Below are positions 16,263 to 26,012 of a stretch of 39,627 nucleotides of DNA, piece after piece. The translations under genes and the position numbers were made by a program. The notes beneath the pieces are model-generated. The model saw only the letters and a list, made by a program, of their open reading frames with translations, was not told the origin of the DNA and did not search any database. How positions within the stretch are numbered: the stretch's first letter is position 1; every line of letters begins with the position of its first letter. The DNA comes from Alphaproteobacteria bacterium (GTDB taxonomy: Bacteria; Pseudomonadota; Alphaproteobacteria; Caulobacterales; Maricaulaceae), in NCBI GenBank assembly GCA_021776705.1, contig JAJFFL010000166.1, positions 1 to 39,627 on the forward strand, read 5' to 3'.

Positions 16263-16802
16263 CTACATCTGCGAGCAATCCACGCCCGGCAGCGGCGGGC
16301 CTTCCAGTAGCCCGATCATTTCCACCGTGAACACCAAAGCGTCGTACGGTCGGATAATTTCGCCGCGCGACTCGTCGCGGTAGCCAAGATCGGGATGGAT
16401 GTAGAGCTCCCACTTGTCGCCCGGGCGCATCATCTGAAGCGCTTCGACCCAACCCTTGATCAAGCGGTTGGACGGAAACGCGGATGGTTCGCCGCGCTCG
16501 TACGAAGAATCGAACACCGTGCCGTCTCTCAGCGCGCCTTCGTAGTGCACACAAACGTATTGGCCGAGATCCGGCGTGTCGCCATCCGCCGGGCCGGATT
16601 CCAAAATCTTGTATTGCAGGCCGCTCGGCGAGATTTCGACCCCGTCGTTGGTGGAGTTCGCCTCCAGCCAGCTTTCGCTCTCGCTCAGGTTGGCTTGCGC
16701 GTCGAACGACGACGCAGCCGACGCCTCGACGGAGGAGTCTTCTGGACCGCAACCCGCGACGGCGATGACGCCGACAGCGACCACGAGTGAAATCAAACGC
16801 AT
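16263..16802 (-). CDS. FKBP-type peptidyl-prolyl cis-trans isomerase, lipoprotein
   Basis: MRLISLVVAVGVIAVAGCG has a V-A-G-C lipobox. The FKBP domain reads GLQYKILESG...VCVHYEGALRDGTVFDSSYERGEPSAFPSNRLIKGWVEALQMMRPGDKWELYIHPDLGY. Confidence 0.9.
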   Translation of the reverse strand: MRLISLVVAVGVIAVAGCGPEDSSVEASAASSFDAQANLSESESWLEANSTNDGVEISPSGLQYKILESGPADGDTPDLGQYVCVHYEGALRDGTVFDSSYERGEPSAFPSNRLIKGWVEALQMMRPGDKWELYIHPDLGYRDESRGEIIRPYDALVFTVEMIGLLEGPPLPGVDCSQM

Positions 16803-16845
16803 GCCATTCCCCTTGTTCTTGTTCGCGGCCCGAGGCCGAATAGGT

Positions 16846-18069
16846 TCACACGCTCTCCACGAGCCGGGCGCGCGTATAGCCCGCCGCTTGAAGCTTCTCC
16901 ACCACCCCGCGCGTGGCGTCTTCGTGGTCGGTCTCGATGATGACGTCGATGACCGTGTGCTTGGCCGGCGCCGTAAGCGCGAGACGGTCGTGCATGACGT
17001 CGATCACATTGACGTCGAGCCGGTGAAGGATGGCGGTGATGTCGGCTAGGCGCCCCGGCTGGTCGGTGCATTCGACGCGCACCCGGGCGCGCAAGTTTCG
17101 CCGCACCAAATGACGCGACAGCACTTGGCCCAAAAGGCGTTCGTCGATGTTGCCGCCGCACATCATGACGCCGACGACCTTGTCTTTGAACAATTCCGGG
17201 CGCGCCAAAAGCGCTCCCACGCCCGCCGCCCCCGCGCCTTCGGCGATCACTTTTTCCTCCATCGCCAAAGCGACGACGCCCTCCTCGATCGCGCTCTCGT
17301 CGATGACGACGACGTCGTCGGCCGTCATCCGCGGCCGCGCGACCGCCAGCGGCACGGCGCCCGGCGATTTCACCGCGATGCCTTCCGCGATCGTCGCCCC
17401 GCCGGTGACCATGTCGCCGTTGGAAAGCGCGTTGCGGAACGACGGGTACATCTCCGGTTCGACGCCGAGCACCTTCGTCGCCGCGCCGACGCCTTCCACG
17501 GCCAGGAGAGCGCCGCTGATCAAACCTCCGCCGCCGACCGGCACGAGGAGAAAGTCGAGGTCGGGAGCGTCTTCCAGAAGCTCCAGCGTCGCGGTCCCTT
17601 GCCCGGCGACCACGTACGGATTGTCGAACGCATGGATCAGGGTCCGGCCCTCGTCGCGCTCGATTCGCCGCGCCTCCTCGGCGGCTTCGTCGAACACCGC
17701 GCCGTGAAGGATCACCTTGGCGCCGAACCGCTTCGCGCCGGCGATTTTCACGTGCGGGGTGCCGGTGGGCATGACCACGGTCGATGTGACTCCGAGGCGG
17801 CGCGCATGGTGGGCCAGCGCTTGCGCGTGGTTGCCGGCTGAGACCGTGACCACGCCCGCCCTCTTCGCCGCGTCGTCCAGGGAGAGCAAGGCGTTGAGCG
17901 CGCCGCGCTCCTTGAACGAACCGGTGACGTGCCAGCTTTCAAGCTTCAGCCACACGGCCTTGGCGCTGACGAGTTCTTCCAGCCTCCGCGCGCGCTTGAC
18001 CGGCGTGCGCGGCAAGCTTTCGGCGATGCGCTCCCGCGCCGCCAGAACATCGTCAAAGGTCACGCTCAT
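16846..18069 (-). CDS. ilvA: Threonine ammonia-lyase (threonine dehydratase) with a C-terminal ACT-like domain
   Basis: WLKLESWHVTGSFKERGALN carries the PLP lysine motif SFK.RGA, followed by SAGNHAQALA and GGGGLISG. The ACT-like tail reads RVRVECTDQPGRLADITAILH. The ATG overlaps the upstream stop (ATGA at 18066-18069). Confidence 0.88.
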   Translation of the reverse strand: MSVTFDDVLAARERIAESLPRTPVKRARRLEELVSAKAVWLKLESWHVTGSFKERGALNALLSLDDAAKRAGVVTVSAGNHAQALAHHARRLGVTSTVVMPTGTPHVKIAGAKRFGAKVILHGAVFDEAAEEARRIERDEGRTLIHAFDNPYVVAGQGTATLELLEDAPDLDFLLVPVGGGGLISGALLAVEGVGAATKVLGVEPEMYPSFRNALSNGDMVTGGATIAEGIAVKSPGAVPLAVARPRMTADDVVVIDESAIEEGVVALAMEEKVIAEGAGAAGVGALLARPELFKDKVVGVMMCGGNIDERLLGQVLSRHLVRRNLRARVRVECTDQPGRLADITAILHRLDVNVIDVMHDRLALTAPAKHTVIDVIIETDHEDATRGVVEKLQAAGYTRARLVESV

Positions 18070-20936
18070 CGCCGCCCCGCCTCGTTCGCCGGACGAACCG
18101 CCACCCGGTAGGCGGCGTCGGGACGCAACAATTCAGCCGCCATCGCCACGACGTCGCCGCGCGTCACGCTTTCGAGCGTCGCTTTCGCGGTCCGGTGGCG
18201 GTCGAGGCGGACGTCGTCGGTCTGGGCTTGCGCCACCAGTCCGAGCCAGTAGCCGTTGTTCTCCTGGGCGTCCTCCAAGCCTTCGAGGATCGGACGCCGA
18301 GCGCGTTCGGTCTCGTCGTCGCTGACGTCCCCGGCGGCCATCGCGGCGGCGATTTCGTCGACGACGTCGAAATAGGCGTCGATGTCGTCCGGCTTCAACT
18401 CCAACTGGGCCGCCACGTAGCCGTACCCGGGATGCACCGACGACGCGAAACTCGACGCCGAGGGGGAATACGTCGCCGAGTCGGTCTCACGAACGCGCTC
18501 GATCAGCTTCAGCCCCATCACCGCGTCCAGCAGATTCAGCGTCGCGGTTCTCCGGCCGTCGCGATCGTCGAAGGCCGGCCAATAGGTCAAAGCCAGCGCC
18601 TTGTCCGCTTCACCTTGATGCTCCAACTCGATCGGCGTGGCGGAAGGCGCAGGAAAAACCAGCGGGAGCGCCTGGTCGAACGCCGTCGGTTCAGCCGCTC
18701 GGGCCGGCAAGGCGCCGAATGTTTCGGCGACGGCGGCGATCACGGAGTCGACATCGACATCGCCGACCACGCCGATCTCGATGGCGCCATGTTGAATCGC
18801 GTTCGCCAACGCGGCTCGGAGATCTTCCGCGCCGAATGCCAGCAGTTCGGCCTTGGCAGGCACTCCCCAACGCGGATCGCCGGACCGAATCAAGCGCGGC
18901 ACTTCGACGGCCGCGACGGAACCTGGCGAAGCGTCCAGCGTTTCGTACCAAACTTCGACGAAGCGTTGAAATTGCGCCACGGCTTCGTCGCGGTAGCCGG
19001 GCGCGGCGAAATACGCCGCATTCACCTTGAGCTGCAGGTCGAGGTCGGCCGGCGTCGTCGACGCGCTGAATCCGAACGCGTCGCCGCCGACCGAGAAACT
19101 GACGCCGACGTTTCGGCCGGCCAGCAAACTTTGAAGTTCATCCAAGCTGTGCGCCTGCAAGCCGCCAGACACGAAAGAGGAGTCCGTGAAGATCTCCAAT
19201 CCGGGCCGCGCCTTGGGCATTTCGAGCCGTCCACCGCCGAAACGAACGCTGAGGCGAACAAGTTCGTCTTCAAAGTCCGTGGACTTGATGTTGAGGCGAA
19301 CGTTGTTGGCGAAGCGCACCCGGGAAATGCCCAAGTCCTCGATAAAGTCGCGGTCGACAACCTTGCCGCCAGGCCCGAAGTCAGAGTAGGCGAATTTTGT
19401 CGATCCGGCGGCCTCAGGCGCCTCAACGCCGCTTGACCGGCTGACGGCGTAGGCCGCGGCGATCTTCGCTTCGGCGTCGTAGATTTCCCGGTTCGTGGCC
19501 AAGAAAACGAGCGGATGGAGGCCGTCGAAAGCGCGCCTGAACTGGGCCTGCACCGCGGCCGGCGCAATGTCGTCGGCGAATGCGTTGAAACGTTCGAGGT
19601 TTGAGCGCGGGTGCGTGAACACTGCGGCGTCGTTGAACGCCCCGACCAAGCCGTTCGCCAAGGCGGTCGACGGCCGCGTGTCGGCGCTGTCGGCGGCCGC
19701 CGTGACGCCGGCGCGAATGTTCGACACCTGTTCGGCGATTTCAGATTCCGAGAATCCGTGGTCGAGCGCCCGCCGCAGCTCTTGTTCGCCGACCGCCAGC
19801 GCAGCTTCCCAGTCTTCCGGATCCGCCACGACGCTCACCGAGGCCATGTCGGCGGTGTCGTAGAACCGGCTGAAGGACGCCGATCCCGAAACGATGACGG
19901 AGTCACTGTCGCGAGCAAGGCGTTGAAATCGCCGGTTCAGGGCTCCGAAACCGATCGAACGCAGCAGACGCAATCGCCGCTGCTCCGCCGTGTCCGGCAC
20001 TTCGGCCGCCGGCGTGACGAAATTCAGGGTGATTACGGTCGGCATGTCCGGATCGTGGAAAAATCCGGTTTCAAGCCCGCGGTCGGCGTCGATACGGCCA
20101 GGATCCGGATCGGACGGGTCCGCGCGGCTGTCCCAATCTCCGAAGCGCGTCGTGATGCGCGCCTCGATCGCGTCGGCGTCCGCGTCGCCGACAAACACCA
20201 GCAACGCGTTGTCCGGCGCGTACCGCCGGCGCCACAAATCGGCGATGCGATCGCGCGGCGCGGTCTCAAGCACGTCGGCTTCCCCGACCGGAAACCGTTG
20301 CGGAAACAAGGCCTCCGGGAACAAGAATCGCCATTGCGCCTTGGTGTAGCGAAAGCCGAACGTGTTGGACGACCGGTGCTCCGCGAGCACGACGCCGCGT
20401 TCGCGATCCACGGCGTCGGATGCAATCAGGAGCTTGTCGGACAACTCCCGCATCAACATGAAGCCGGTCGACAAGGTCTCGTCGCCGGTGTCGGGAAGGT
20501 CGAGCTGGTAGACGGTTTGATCGAAGCTCGTGAACGCGTTGGTGTCCGGCCCGAACGCCAACCCATGGCGCTCGAGAATTTTCACCATGTCGCCTTCTTC
20601 GACGTTCTCCGAGCCGTTGAACGCCATGTGCTCAAGAAAATGCGCGAGCCCGCGCTGATCTTCGGCCTCGTTCAGCGATCCGACTCCGAAATGCAACCGC
20701 ACGGCGGCCGTGTTCGTCGGCGTGTCGTTCTCCAAAATCGCGTAGCGCAATCCGTTCTCCAGCCGGCCGTAGCGGACCGCCGGATCCGGCGGCAGGTCGG
20801 ACGCCTGGTGGCTCCAAATCGGCTCTGAGGACGTCGACGGCGCCGCGCGGCGCGCCGATTCGGACGGACCGCACGCCGCCGTCGCGGCGACGGCGGCGCA
20901 CGCCAAAAGAAGAAATCGAAGCGTGTCTCGGATCAT
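18066..20936 (-). CDS. Secreted M16 (pitrilysin/insulinase) family zinc metallopeptidase, double-module (956 aa)
   Basis: The N-terminal signal is MIRDTLRFLLLACAAVAATAACG. The inverted zinc motif GLAHFLEHMAFNGS (HxxEH) is present. The length is consistent with two M16 active/inactive module pairs. Confidence 0.88.
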   Translation of the reverse strand: MIRDTLRFLLLACAAVAATAACGPSESARRAAPSTSSEPIWSHQASDLPPDPAVRYGRLENGLRYAILENDTPTNTAAVRLHFGVGSLNEAEDQRGLAHFLEHMAFNGSENVEEGDMVKILERHGLAFGPDTNAFTSFDQTVYQLDLPDTGDETLSTGFMLMRELSDKLLIASDAVDRERGVVLAEHRSSNTFGFRYTKAQWRFLFPEALFPQRFPVGEADVLETAPRDRIADLWRRRYAPDNALLVFVGDADADAIEARITTRFGDWDSRADPSDPDPGRIDADRGLETGFFHDPDMPTVITLNFVTPAAEVPDTAEQRRLRLLRSIGFGALNRRFQRLARDSDSVIVSGSASFSRFYDTADMASVSVVADPEDWEAALAVGEQELRRALDHGFSESEIAEQVSNIRAGVTAAADSADTRPSTALANGLVGAFNDAAVFTHPRSNLERFNAFADDIAPAAVQAQFRRAFDGLHPLVFLATNREIYDAEAKIAAAYAVSRSSGVEAPEAAGSTKFAYSDFGPGGKVVDRDFIEDLGISRVRFANNVRLNIKSTDFEDELVRLSVRFGGGRLEMPKARPGLEIFTDSSFVSGGLQAHSLDELQSLLAGRNVGVSFSVGGDAFGFSASTTPADLDLQLKVNAAYFAAPGYRDEAVAQFQRFVEVWYETLDASPGSVAAVEVPRLIRSGDPRWGVPAKAELLAFGAEDLRAALANAIQHGAIEIGVVGDVDVDSVIAAVAETFGALPARAAEPTAFDQALPLVFPAPSATPIELEHQGEADKALALTYWPAFDDRDGRRTATLNLLDAVMGLKLIERVRETDSATYSPSASSFASSVHPGYGYVAAQLELKPDDIDAYFDVVDEIAAAMAAGDVSDDETERARRPILEGLEDAQENNGYWLGLVAQAQTDDVRLDRHRTAKATLESVTRGDVVAMAAELLRPDAAYRVAVRPANEAGRR

Positions 20937-20994
20937 GGCGCGCGATCCTGGCGACGCCGGAGCGCGGGCGCAACCGATGTTTCCGGTGCTGGAT

Positions 20995-21339
20995 CTAGTT
21001 GGGAACCACGCCCGCCAGAGTGGCGGCGAAGATCAGCGCCAGCACCGCCACGATCGAGATGTCGAACCCCCAGCCGACAGCGGACCGCGGCCGCGGTCCG
21101 GTGTCGTAGTGCACGATTTCGACGCCTTTTTGCGAGACATGGAACAACCAGGCGAAAAGAAGCGTCATCGGCAGCCCGACCCACAAAATCATCTGGATCA
21201 GACGCCGCGGCGCCCCGTCGACTCCGGCGCCCGCGACAAGCAGCTGATACAGCCCCCACGAAAAGACGAGATAGACCCCGCCGGTCCGCAGCACCCGCCG
21301 TCGGGCCAATTCTACGATGTACGCTTTGATCTTGAACAC
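20995..21339 (-). CDS. Small membrane protein (114 aa), unknown function
   Basis: It has three hydrophobic segments. The N-terminus, IVELARRRVLRTGGVYLVFSWGLYQ, resembles the ELxRRxVxRxxxxYxxxxWxxxQ membrane-anchor motif seen at the start of many proteobacterial TPR and cyclase proteins. Confidence 0.55.
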   Translation of the reverse strand: MFKIKAYIVELARRRVLRTGGVYLVFSWGLYQLLVAGAGVDGAPRRLIQMILWVGLPMTLLFAWLFHVSQKGVEIVHYDTGPRPRSAVGWGFDISIVAVLALIFAATLAGVVPN

Positions 21340-21397
21340 GCGCGCCCCCGTTCCCGCGATCAGCGCACTATACGCTGCGTCGCCGCGTCGTGCAGCC

Positions 21398-23254
21398 CTA
21401 AGTCGCGAACAGACCGGCGGCGCCGTCGCGGGGGTCGTGTTCGGCCACCCAATGGCCCGCCGCCACTTCGATCAACCGGGGGCGGTATTGCTCGGCCCGG
21501 TCGTCGTCGATCAACCTCGACTTCAAGAATCGAAGCTGCGCCTTGGGGTCCATCGGCGACGGCAAGTCGCCCCTAAGTTTCACGCGGGCGCGGCTTTTCT
21601 CAACCGCCGGATCGGGAATCGGGACGGCGGAGATCAAGGCCTTGGTGTAGGGATGCCGCGCATCGGCGTAAATCGCGTCCCGGTCGGCCAGTTCGACCAC
21701 GCGTCCAAGGTAGAGAACCATCACGCGGTGAGAGATTTCGCGGACGACTGACAAGTCATGGCTGATGAACATCATCGCCAGACCAAAGTCCTTTTGAAGA
21801 CTGACGAGTAGTTCCAGAATTTGCGCTTGAATTGAGACGTCGAGAGCCGACACAGCTTCATCGCAAATCACCACTTTGGGTGAATTGACGATTGCGCGCG
21901 CAATCCCGACGCGTTGGTTCTGTCCGCCGGAAAGTTCGTGTGGATAGCGATTGATCAGCGTCGGATCGAGACCGGCGCGTTTCATCATCTCGCGCACGAC
22001 CCCGGCGCGCGCGTCAGCGTCCAGTACAGGCCGAAACGTCAACAGCGGCTCGGCGACGGACGATCCCACCGACATCCGCGGGTCAAGCGACGCCATCGGA
22101 TCCTGGAACACGATCTGCAGATCACGCCGAGCTTTGCGAATCTGATTTCGCGTCGAGGCGGACACTTCCTTGCCGAGCCAAGCGACCGATCCGGCCGACA
22201 CCGGCGTCAGCTGCAGCGCCGCGCGCGCTAGCGTCGACTTGCCGCAACCGGACTCGCCGACCACGCCGAGCGTCTCGCCCGGGCGAAGCTCGAACGACAC
22301 GCCGTCGACAGCTTTCAAGGGCTTGCGCCGCGGCATGAGTCCCGCGCTTTCGACCCGCACCGGAAACCACACTTTCACATCGTCGGCCGTGAGCGCCGGA
22401 GCAACGTCGGCGCTGGGTGGTTTTCCCAGCTTCGGCCGACCGGGGCGCTCCGGTTGATCGATCCGCGGCGCCGCGTCGAGCAGCATCCGCGTGTAGTCGG
22501 TTTTCGGGTCGGCGAAGACCTGTTCGGCGGCGCCGTTTTCGACATAGCGACCGTCCTTCATGACATGGACGCGGTCCGCAAGGCGGGCGACGACGCCCAT
22601 ATCGTGCGTGATCAAGACGACGGCGGCGCCGGTGTCTTTTTTCAAGTCGTCGATGATGTCGAGCACTTGGGCTTGAATCGTCACGTCGAGAGCGGTCGTC
22701 GGCTCGTCGGCGATGAGAAGATCGGGGTCGCACAGCATCGACATGGCGATCATGACCCGTTGACGCATGCCGCCGGAGAGTTCATGCGGACGCTGCGCGA
22801 GCCGGCGCTTGGCTTCGGGAATGCGCACCCGATCGAGCCATTCCAGGCAGCGCCGCTCGGCCGCCTCGCCGCGCAGCTTGAGATGAACGGCCAGAACCTC
22901 TTTCAACTGGTCGCCGATGCGCATGTGCGGGGTCAGCGACGTCAAGGGATCCTGAAAGATCATCGTCATTTTGTCGCCGCGCACCTCATTGAGCGCGGAG
23001 GGCGAAAGGCCGAGAAGCTCACGGCCGCGGTACTTGATCGACCCCGACGCCGTCCCGTTTCGCGCCAGCAGCCCCATGGCGGCGAGAAACGTTTGACTCT
23101 TGCCCGAGCCGGATTCGCCGACCACGCCGACGCATTCGCCTTCCCGCACGACGAGGTCGATTCCCTCGACGGCGCGCACGTCGGCGTCGTGCGTGGCGAA
23201 CGCAATTGCGAGGTTCGCAATTTCCAGCACGGGCGTGCGGGCTCTGTCTGTCAC
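21398..23254 (-). CDS. Fused double ATP-binding-cassette protein of the oligopeptide/dipeptide (YejF/GsiA-like) type
   Basis: Two Walker A motifs (GESGSGKS, GESGCGKS), two LSGGxxQR signatures (LSGGMRQR, LSGGQNQR) and an Opp-type C-terminal tail (HPYTKALISAVP). Confidence 0.9.
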   Translation of the reverse strand: MTDRARTPVLEIANLAIAFATHDADVRAVEGIDLVVREGECVGVVGESGSGKSQTFLAAMGLLARNGTASGSIKYRGRELLGLSPSALNEVRGDKMTMIFQDPLTSLTPHMRIGDQLKEVLAVHLKLRGEAAERRCLEWLDRVRIPEAKRRLAQRPHELSGGMRQRVMIAMSMLCDPDLLIADEPTTALDVTIQAQVLDIIDDLKKDTGAAVVLITHDMGVVARLADRVHVMKDGRYVENGAAEQVFADPKTDYTRMLLDAAPRIDQPERPGRPKLGKPPSADVAPALTADDVKVWFPVRVESAGLMPRRKPLKAVDGVSFELRPGETLGVVGESGCGKSTLARAALQLTPVSAGSVAWLGKEVSASTRNQIRKARRDLQIVFQDPMASLDPRMSVGSSVAEPLLTFRPVLDADARAGVVREMMKRAGLDPTLINRYPHELSGGQNQRVGIARAIVNSPKVVICDEAVSALDVSIQAQILELLVSLQKDFGLAMMFISHDLSVVREISHRVMVLYLGRVVELADRDAIYADARHPYTKALISAVPIPDPAVEKSRARVKLRGDLPSPMDPKAQLRFLKSRLIDDDRAEQYRPRLIEVAAGHWVAEHDPRDGAAGLFAT

Positions 23255-23323
23255 AAAGCGACTCTCTATCTGCGGCGCGGGCGCGCCTCAGCGGGCGACA
23301 CCATGCGTGTTCGACGTTTCTGA

Positions 23324-24205
23324 TCAATCCACGGTGTGAAGAAAGTCTTTCAAGGCCGCTTCGGCGTCGGCCTCTTCCAGCGTCGGCGCGTGGCCGACAC
23401 CGTCGACCACCGCAACCCGCAAGTCCGGATCTCGGGCCCGCATCTGCTCGACCGTCGCCGACTCGAGCAATTCGGACTCGGCGCCCCAAATGAGCTGAAT
23501 CGGGATCGCGGCCAAGTGATCGAAGAGCGGCCAAAGGTCGGGAGTCGCTGCGCCGGACTTGAGGCCGGCCGCGATCGCAGGGTCGTAGTCCAGGGCGACG
23601 GCGCCGTCGGATTCGCGAAAGAGCCTTCGAGCGTAGGCGAACCAGAACGGCCGGTCTCCGGCGCGCTGAGGATGCACGTGCGCCAGAATTCTCTCCGTGT
23701 GCGCGGCGGCCTGCTCCCAGGTGTCGTAGCTTTCGCCGCCGCCGGCGGTTTCCGCGATGCGCTGCAGGCCTCGGGCTCCGAGTTCCGGGCCGATGTCGTT
23801 GAGAACGATCGCGGCGACCCGGCCTGGATGGATCAGGTTGAACGCCGCGCCGATCAAGCCGCCCATGGACGTGCCGACGATCACGCACCGGTCGATTCCC
23901 GCGCTCTCAAGAACGGTCATGAGGTCGTTGACGTAGATCGGAATATCGTAGTGCGCGGAATCCGTGTCCCGTCCCGATCGGCCGCGCCCGCGCACGTCGG
24001 CGACGATCACGCGGCGGCCTTCCGCGGCGATGTAGGGCGCGACGTTTTCAAAATCCCGCGCGTTTCGCGTCAGCCCATGAAGGCAGACGACCGGCAGGCC
24101 GCGAATCGCCCCGACCGCGGGATAGTCGCGATAATGCAAAGTCAGGCCGTCGACCGATCGCGCGTTTCGTGCGGCGAATGAGTCGACCTCCAAAGATGAC
24201 GTCAA
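23324..24205 (-). CDS. Alpha/beta-fold hydrolase
   Basis: LPVVCLHGLTRNARDFE and the nucleophile elbow GTSMGG. I chose the TTG at 24205 because GGAGG lies 8 nt upstream and it overlaps the ALDH stop (TTGA at 24202-24205). The long N-terminal extension to 24364 would overlap the ALDH gene. Confidence 0.75.
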   Translation of the reverse strand: MTSSLEVDSFAARNARSVDGLTLHYRDYPAVGAIRGLPVVCLHGLTRNARDFENVAPYIAAEGRRVIVADVRGRGRSGRDTDSAHYDIPIYVNDLMTVLESAGIDRCVIVGTSMGGLIGAAFNLIHPGRVAAIVLNDIGPELGARGLQRIAETAGGGESYDTWEQAAAHTERILAHVHPQRAGDRPFWFAYARRLFRESDGAVALDYDPAIAAGLKSGAATPDLWPLFDHLAAIPIQLIWGAESELLESATVEQMRARDPDLRVAVVDGVGHAPTLEEADAEAALKDFLHTVD

Positions 24206-25698
24206 AACGGGTACCTCCGGTCGCCTCGGTCGAGCGTGATCCAACGCGTTTGCGAAAACGCGTCGATCGACCAGCGTCCCCCGTGTCGTCCGAACCCGGA
24301 ACCCTTGACGCCGCCGAACGGCGCGTGCGGTTCGTCGTTCACCGGCGAACAATTGACATGACACATGCCCGTCTCCAATCGGTGCGCGATCGCAAGCGCC
24401 CGTGATTCGGAGCGCGAAATCACGCCCGACGAGAGTCCATAATCGCAGTCGTTGGCGAGCGCCACGGCTTCGTCGTCGGACGCAATCCTGGTGATCGGCG
24501 CAACCGGGCCGAAGGTCTCTTGGCGAAACACGTTCATGCCTGACGTAACGCCGGATAAGATTGTCGGAGTCAGGTAGAGGCCGTCGACGTCGCCGCCGAC
24601 TTCCAACGTCGCGCCTTCCGCCAGGGCCTGTTCGATCTGAGCTTTGATTTTGGCGACCTGCCGCGCGTTGATGATCGGCCCGATCACGTGTCCCTTGTCG
24701 GCGGACGGGTCGCCGGTTTTCAGCGTCTTGGTTTTGGCGACGAACTTCTGTGTGAATTCGTCGGCCACGCTCTCGTGCACCAAGATGCGTTCCGCGGCCA
24801 TGCAGATCTGGCCTTGATGCATGAAGGCCCCAAAAGCTGCGGCCTCGACGGCGCGATCGAGGTCGGCGTCGTCGAGAACGATGAGCGCGTCCTTGCCGCC
24901 GAGTTCAACGCAGCACGGCTTGAGGAGTTCGCCCGCCTTGCTGGCGATGCGGCGTCCGACCGGCGTCGAACCGGTGAAGCTGACGCCGCCCACTTTCGGG
25001 TTGGCGACGAGCTCGTCGCCCACCTCCGCGACGCCGTCGCGCGAGCACGTTACGACATTGAAGACGCCGGCGGGCGCGTCCGACGCCGCGAACAATTCCG
25101 CCAAAAGCAAGCCGCCGGTCACGGGCGTCTCCTCCGACGGTTTCAATATCACGGTGTTGCCGGCCGCCAGGGCGAACGCGACGCCGCGCGACGACAGCAA
25201 CAGCGGAAAATTCCACGGCGAAATCACCGTCACGACTCCCAGCGGGCGACGCACGGCCAGCGACAGCTTGCCGTAAGACGACGGCAGGACTTCACCCTCC
25301 GGTAGGTAGACGGCCGCCGCCGCGGCGCGAAAAAGATCGGCGACATATCCGGTCTCGAACATGGCCTTGCCGAACCACGATCCGCCTTCCCGAATCAGCG
25401 CGTCAACGACGTCGGCGCGGCGCGCCTCCAGTTGGTCCGCGACGCGAAGAAGCAGCTTCGCCCGTTCGTGATGCGGACGGGCGCCCCAGTCCGGCGCCGC
25501 GGCATGCGCGGCGTCCACGGCGCGGGCGGCCAGCTGACGGTCGGAGTCGGCGGCGTCGGCGAAACGGGACCCGTCGCACGGGCTTTCAACCGAAAAATTC
25601 GAATCGGCGTCGACCCAATCGCCGCCGACAAAGCAGCCCCAACGCCGTATCTCAACGGCGGAGGCCGCCGAAGCGGGCCGCTCATCGACCGTTTCCAT
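24202..25698 (-). CDS. NAD(P)+-dependent aldehyde dehydrogenase family protein
   Basis: VISPWNFP, FTGSTPVGRRI, ELGGKDALIV, HQGQICMAAERILV (catalytic Cys context) and EETFGPV are ALDH signature blocks. Confidence 0.9.
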   Translation of the reverse strand: METVDERPASAASAVEIRRWGCFVGGDWVDADSNFSVESPCDGSRFADAADSDRQLAARAVDAAHAAAPDWGARPHHERAKLLLRVADQLEARRADVVDALIREGGSWFGKAMFETGYVADLFRAAAAAVYLPEGEVLPSSYGKLSLAVRRPLGVVTVISPWNFPLLLSSRGVAFALAAGNTVILKPSEETPVTGGLLLAELFAASDAPAGVFNVVTCSRDGVAEVGDELVANPKVGGVSFTGSTPVGRRIASKAGELLKPCCVELGGKDALIVLDDADLDRAVEAAAFGAFMHQGQICMAAERILVHESVADEFTQKFVAKTKTLKTGDPSADKGHVIGPIINARQVAKIKAQIEQALAEGATLEVGGDVDGLYLTPTILSGVTSGMNVFRQETFGPVAPITRIASDDEAVALANDCDYGLSSGVISRSESRALAIAHRLETGMCHVNCSPVNDEPHAPFGGVKGSGFGRHGGRWSIDAFSQTRWITLDRGDRRYPF

Positions 25699-26012
25699 TG
25701 CTGCTCCTCACCAACCGACGCGCCCAAAGCCCGACATAGGACAGGCGCCGAAGCATGTCGCCCCCCGGGGCGAAACTTGCGCGCCTCGCGCGCGCGTCGG
25801 CATGCATCCAAACGTCGCATCCGCGGCATCCAATCTTCAGCGTGACTGCGCCGATCTAGGGATTTCGTGGAATTCTAGATGCTTGGCAGTCAGTTTTTTA
25901 TGTTTTTCAATATGTGTTTTGTGTTAAACGATATCAAAATTGGGCGCTAATGGCGCGGTCAAGAACTCTCGGGCGGCGGCGGATAGCGGCCCGTGGCAAG
26001 CGGAGCGGGAAC

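Noticed and set aside
18195-20828. ORFs 18195..19436 (+) and 19611..20828 (+), each over 400 aa.
   Set aside because: They are antisense to the M16 peptidase gene, which carries the HxxEH motif. They have the R/G/V/D-rich composition typical of shadow ORFs.
25884-25900. Sigma54-like -24 element (TGGCAG) in the AT-rich region upstream of the RND operon.
   Set aside because: The position 10 nt downstream of the GG carries TT rather than the obligatory -12 GC, so it does not fit the TGGCAC-N5-TTGCW geometry.
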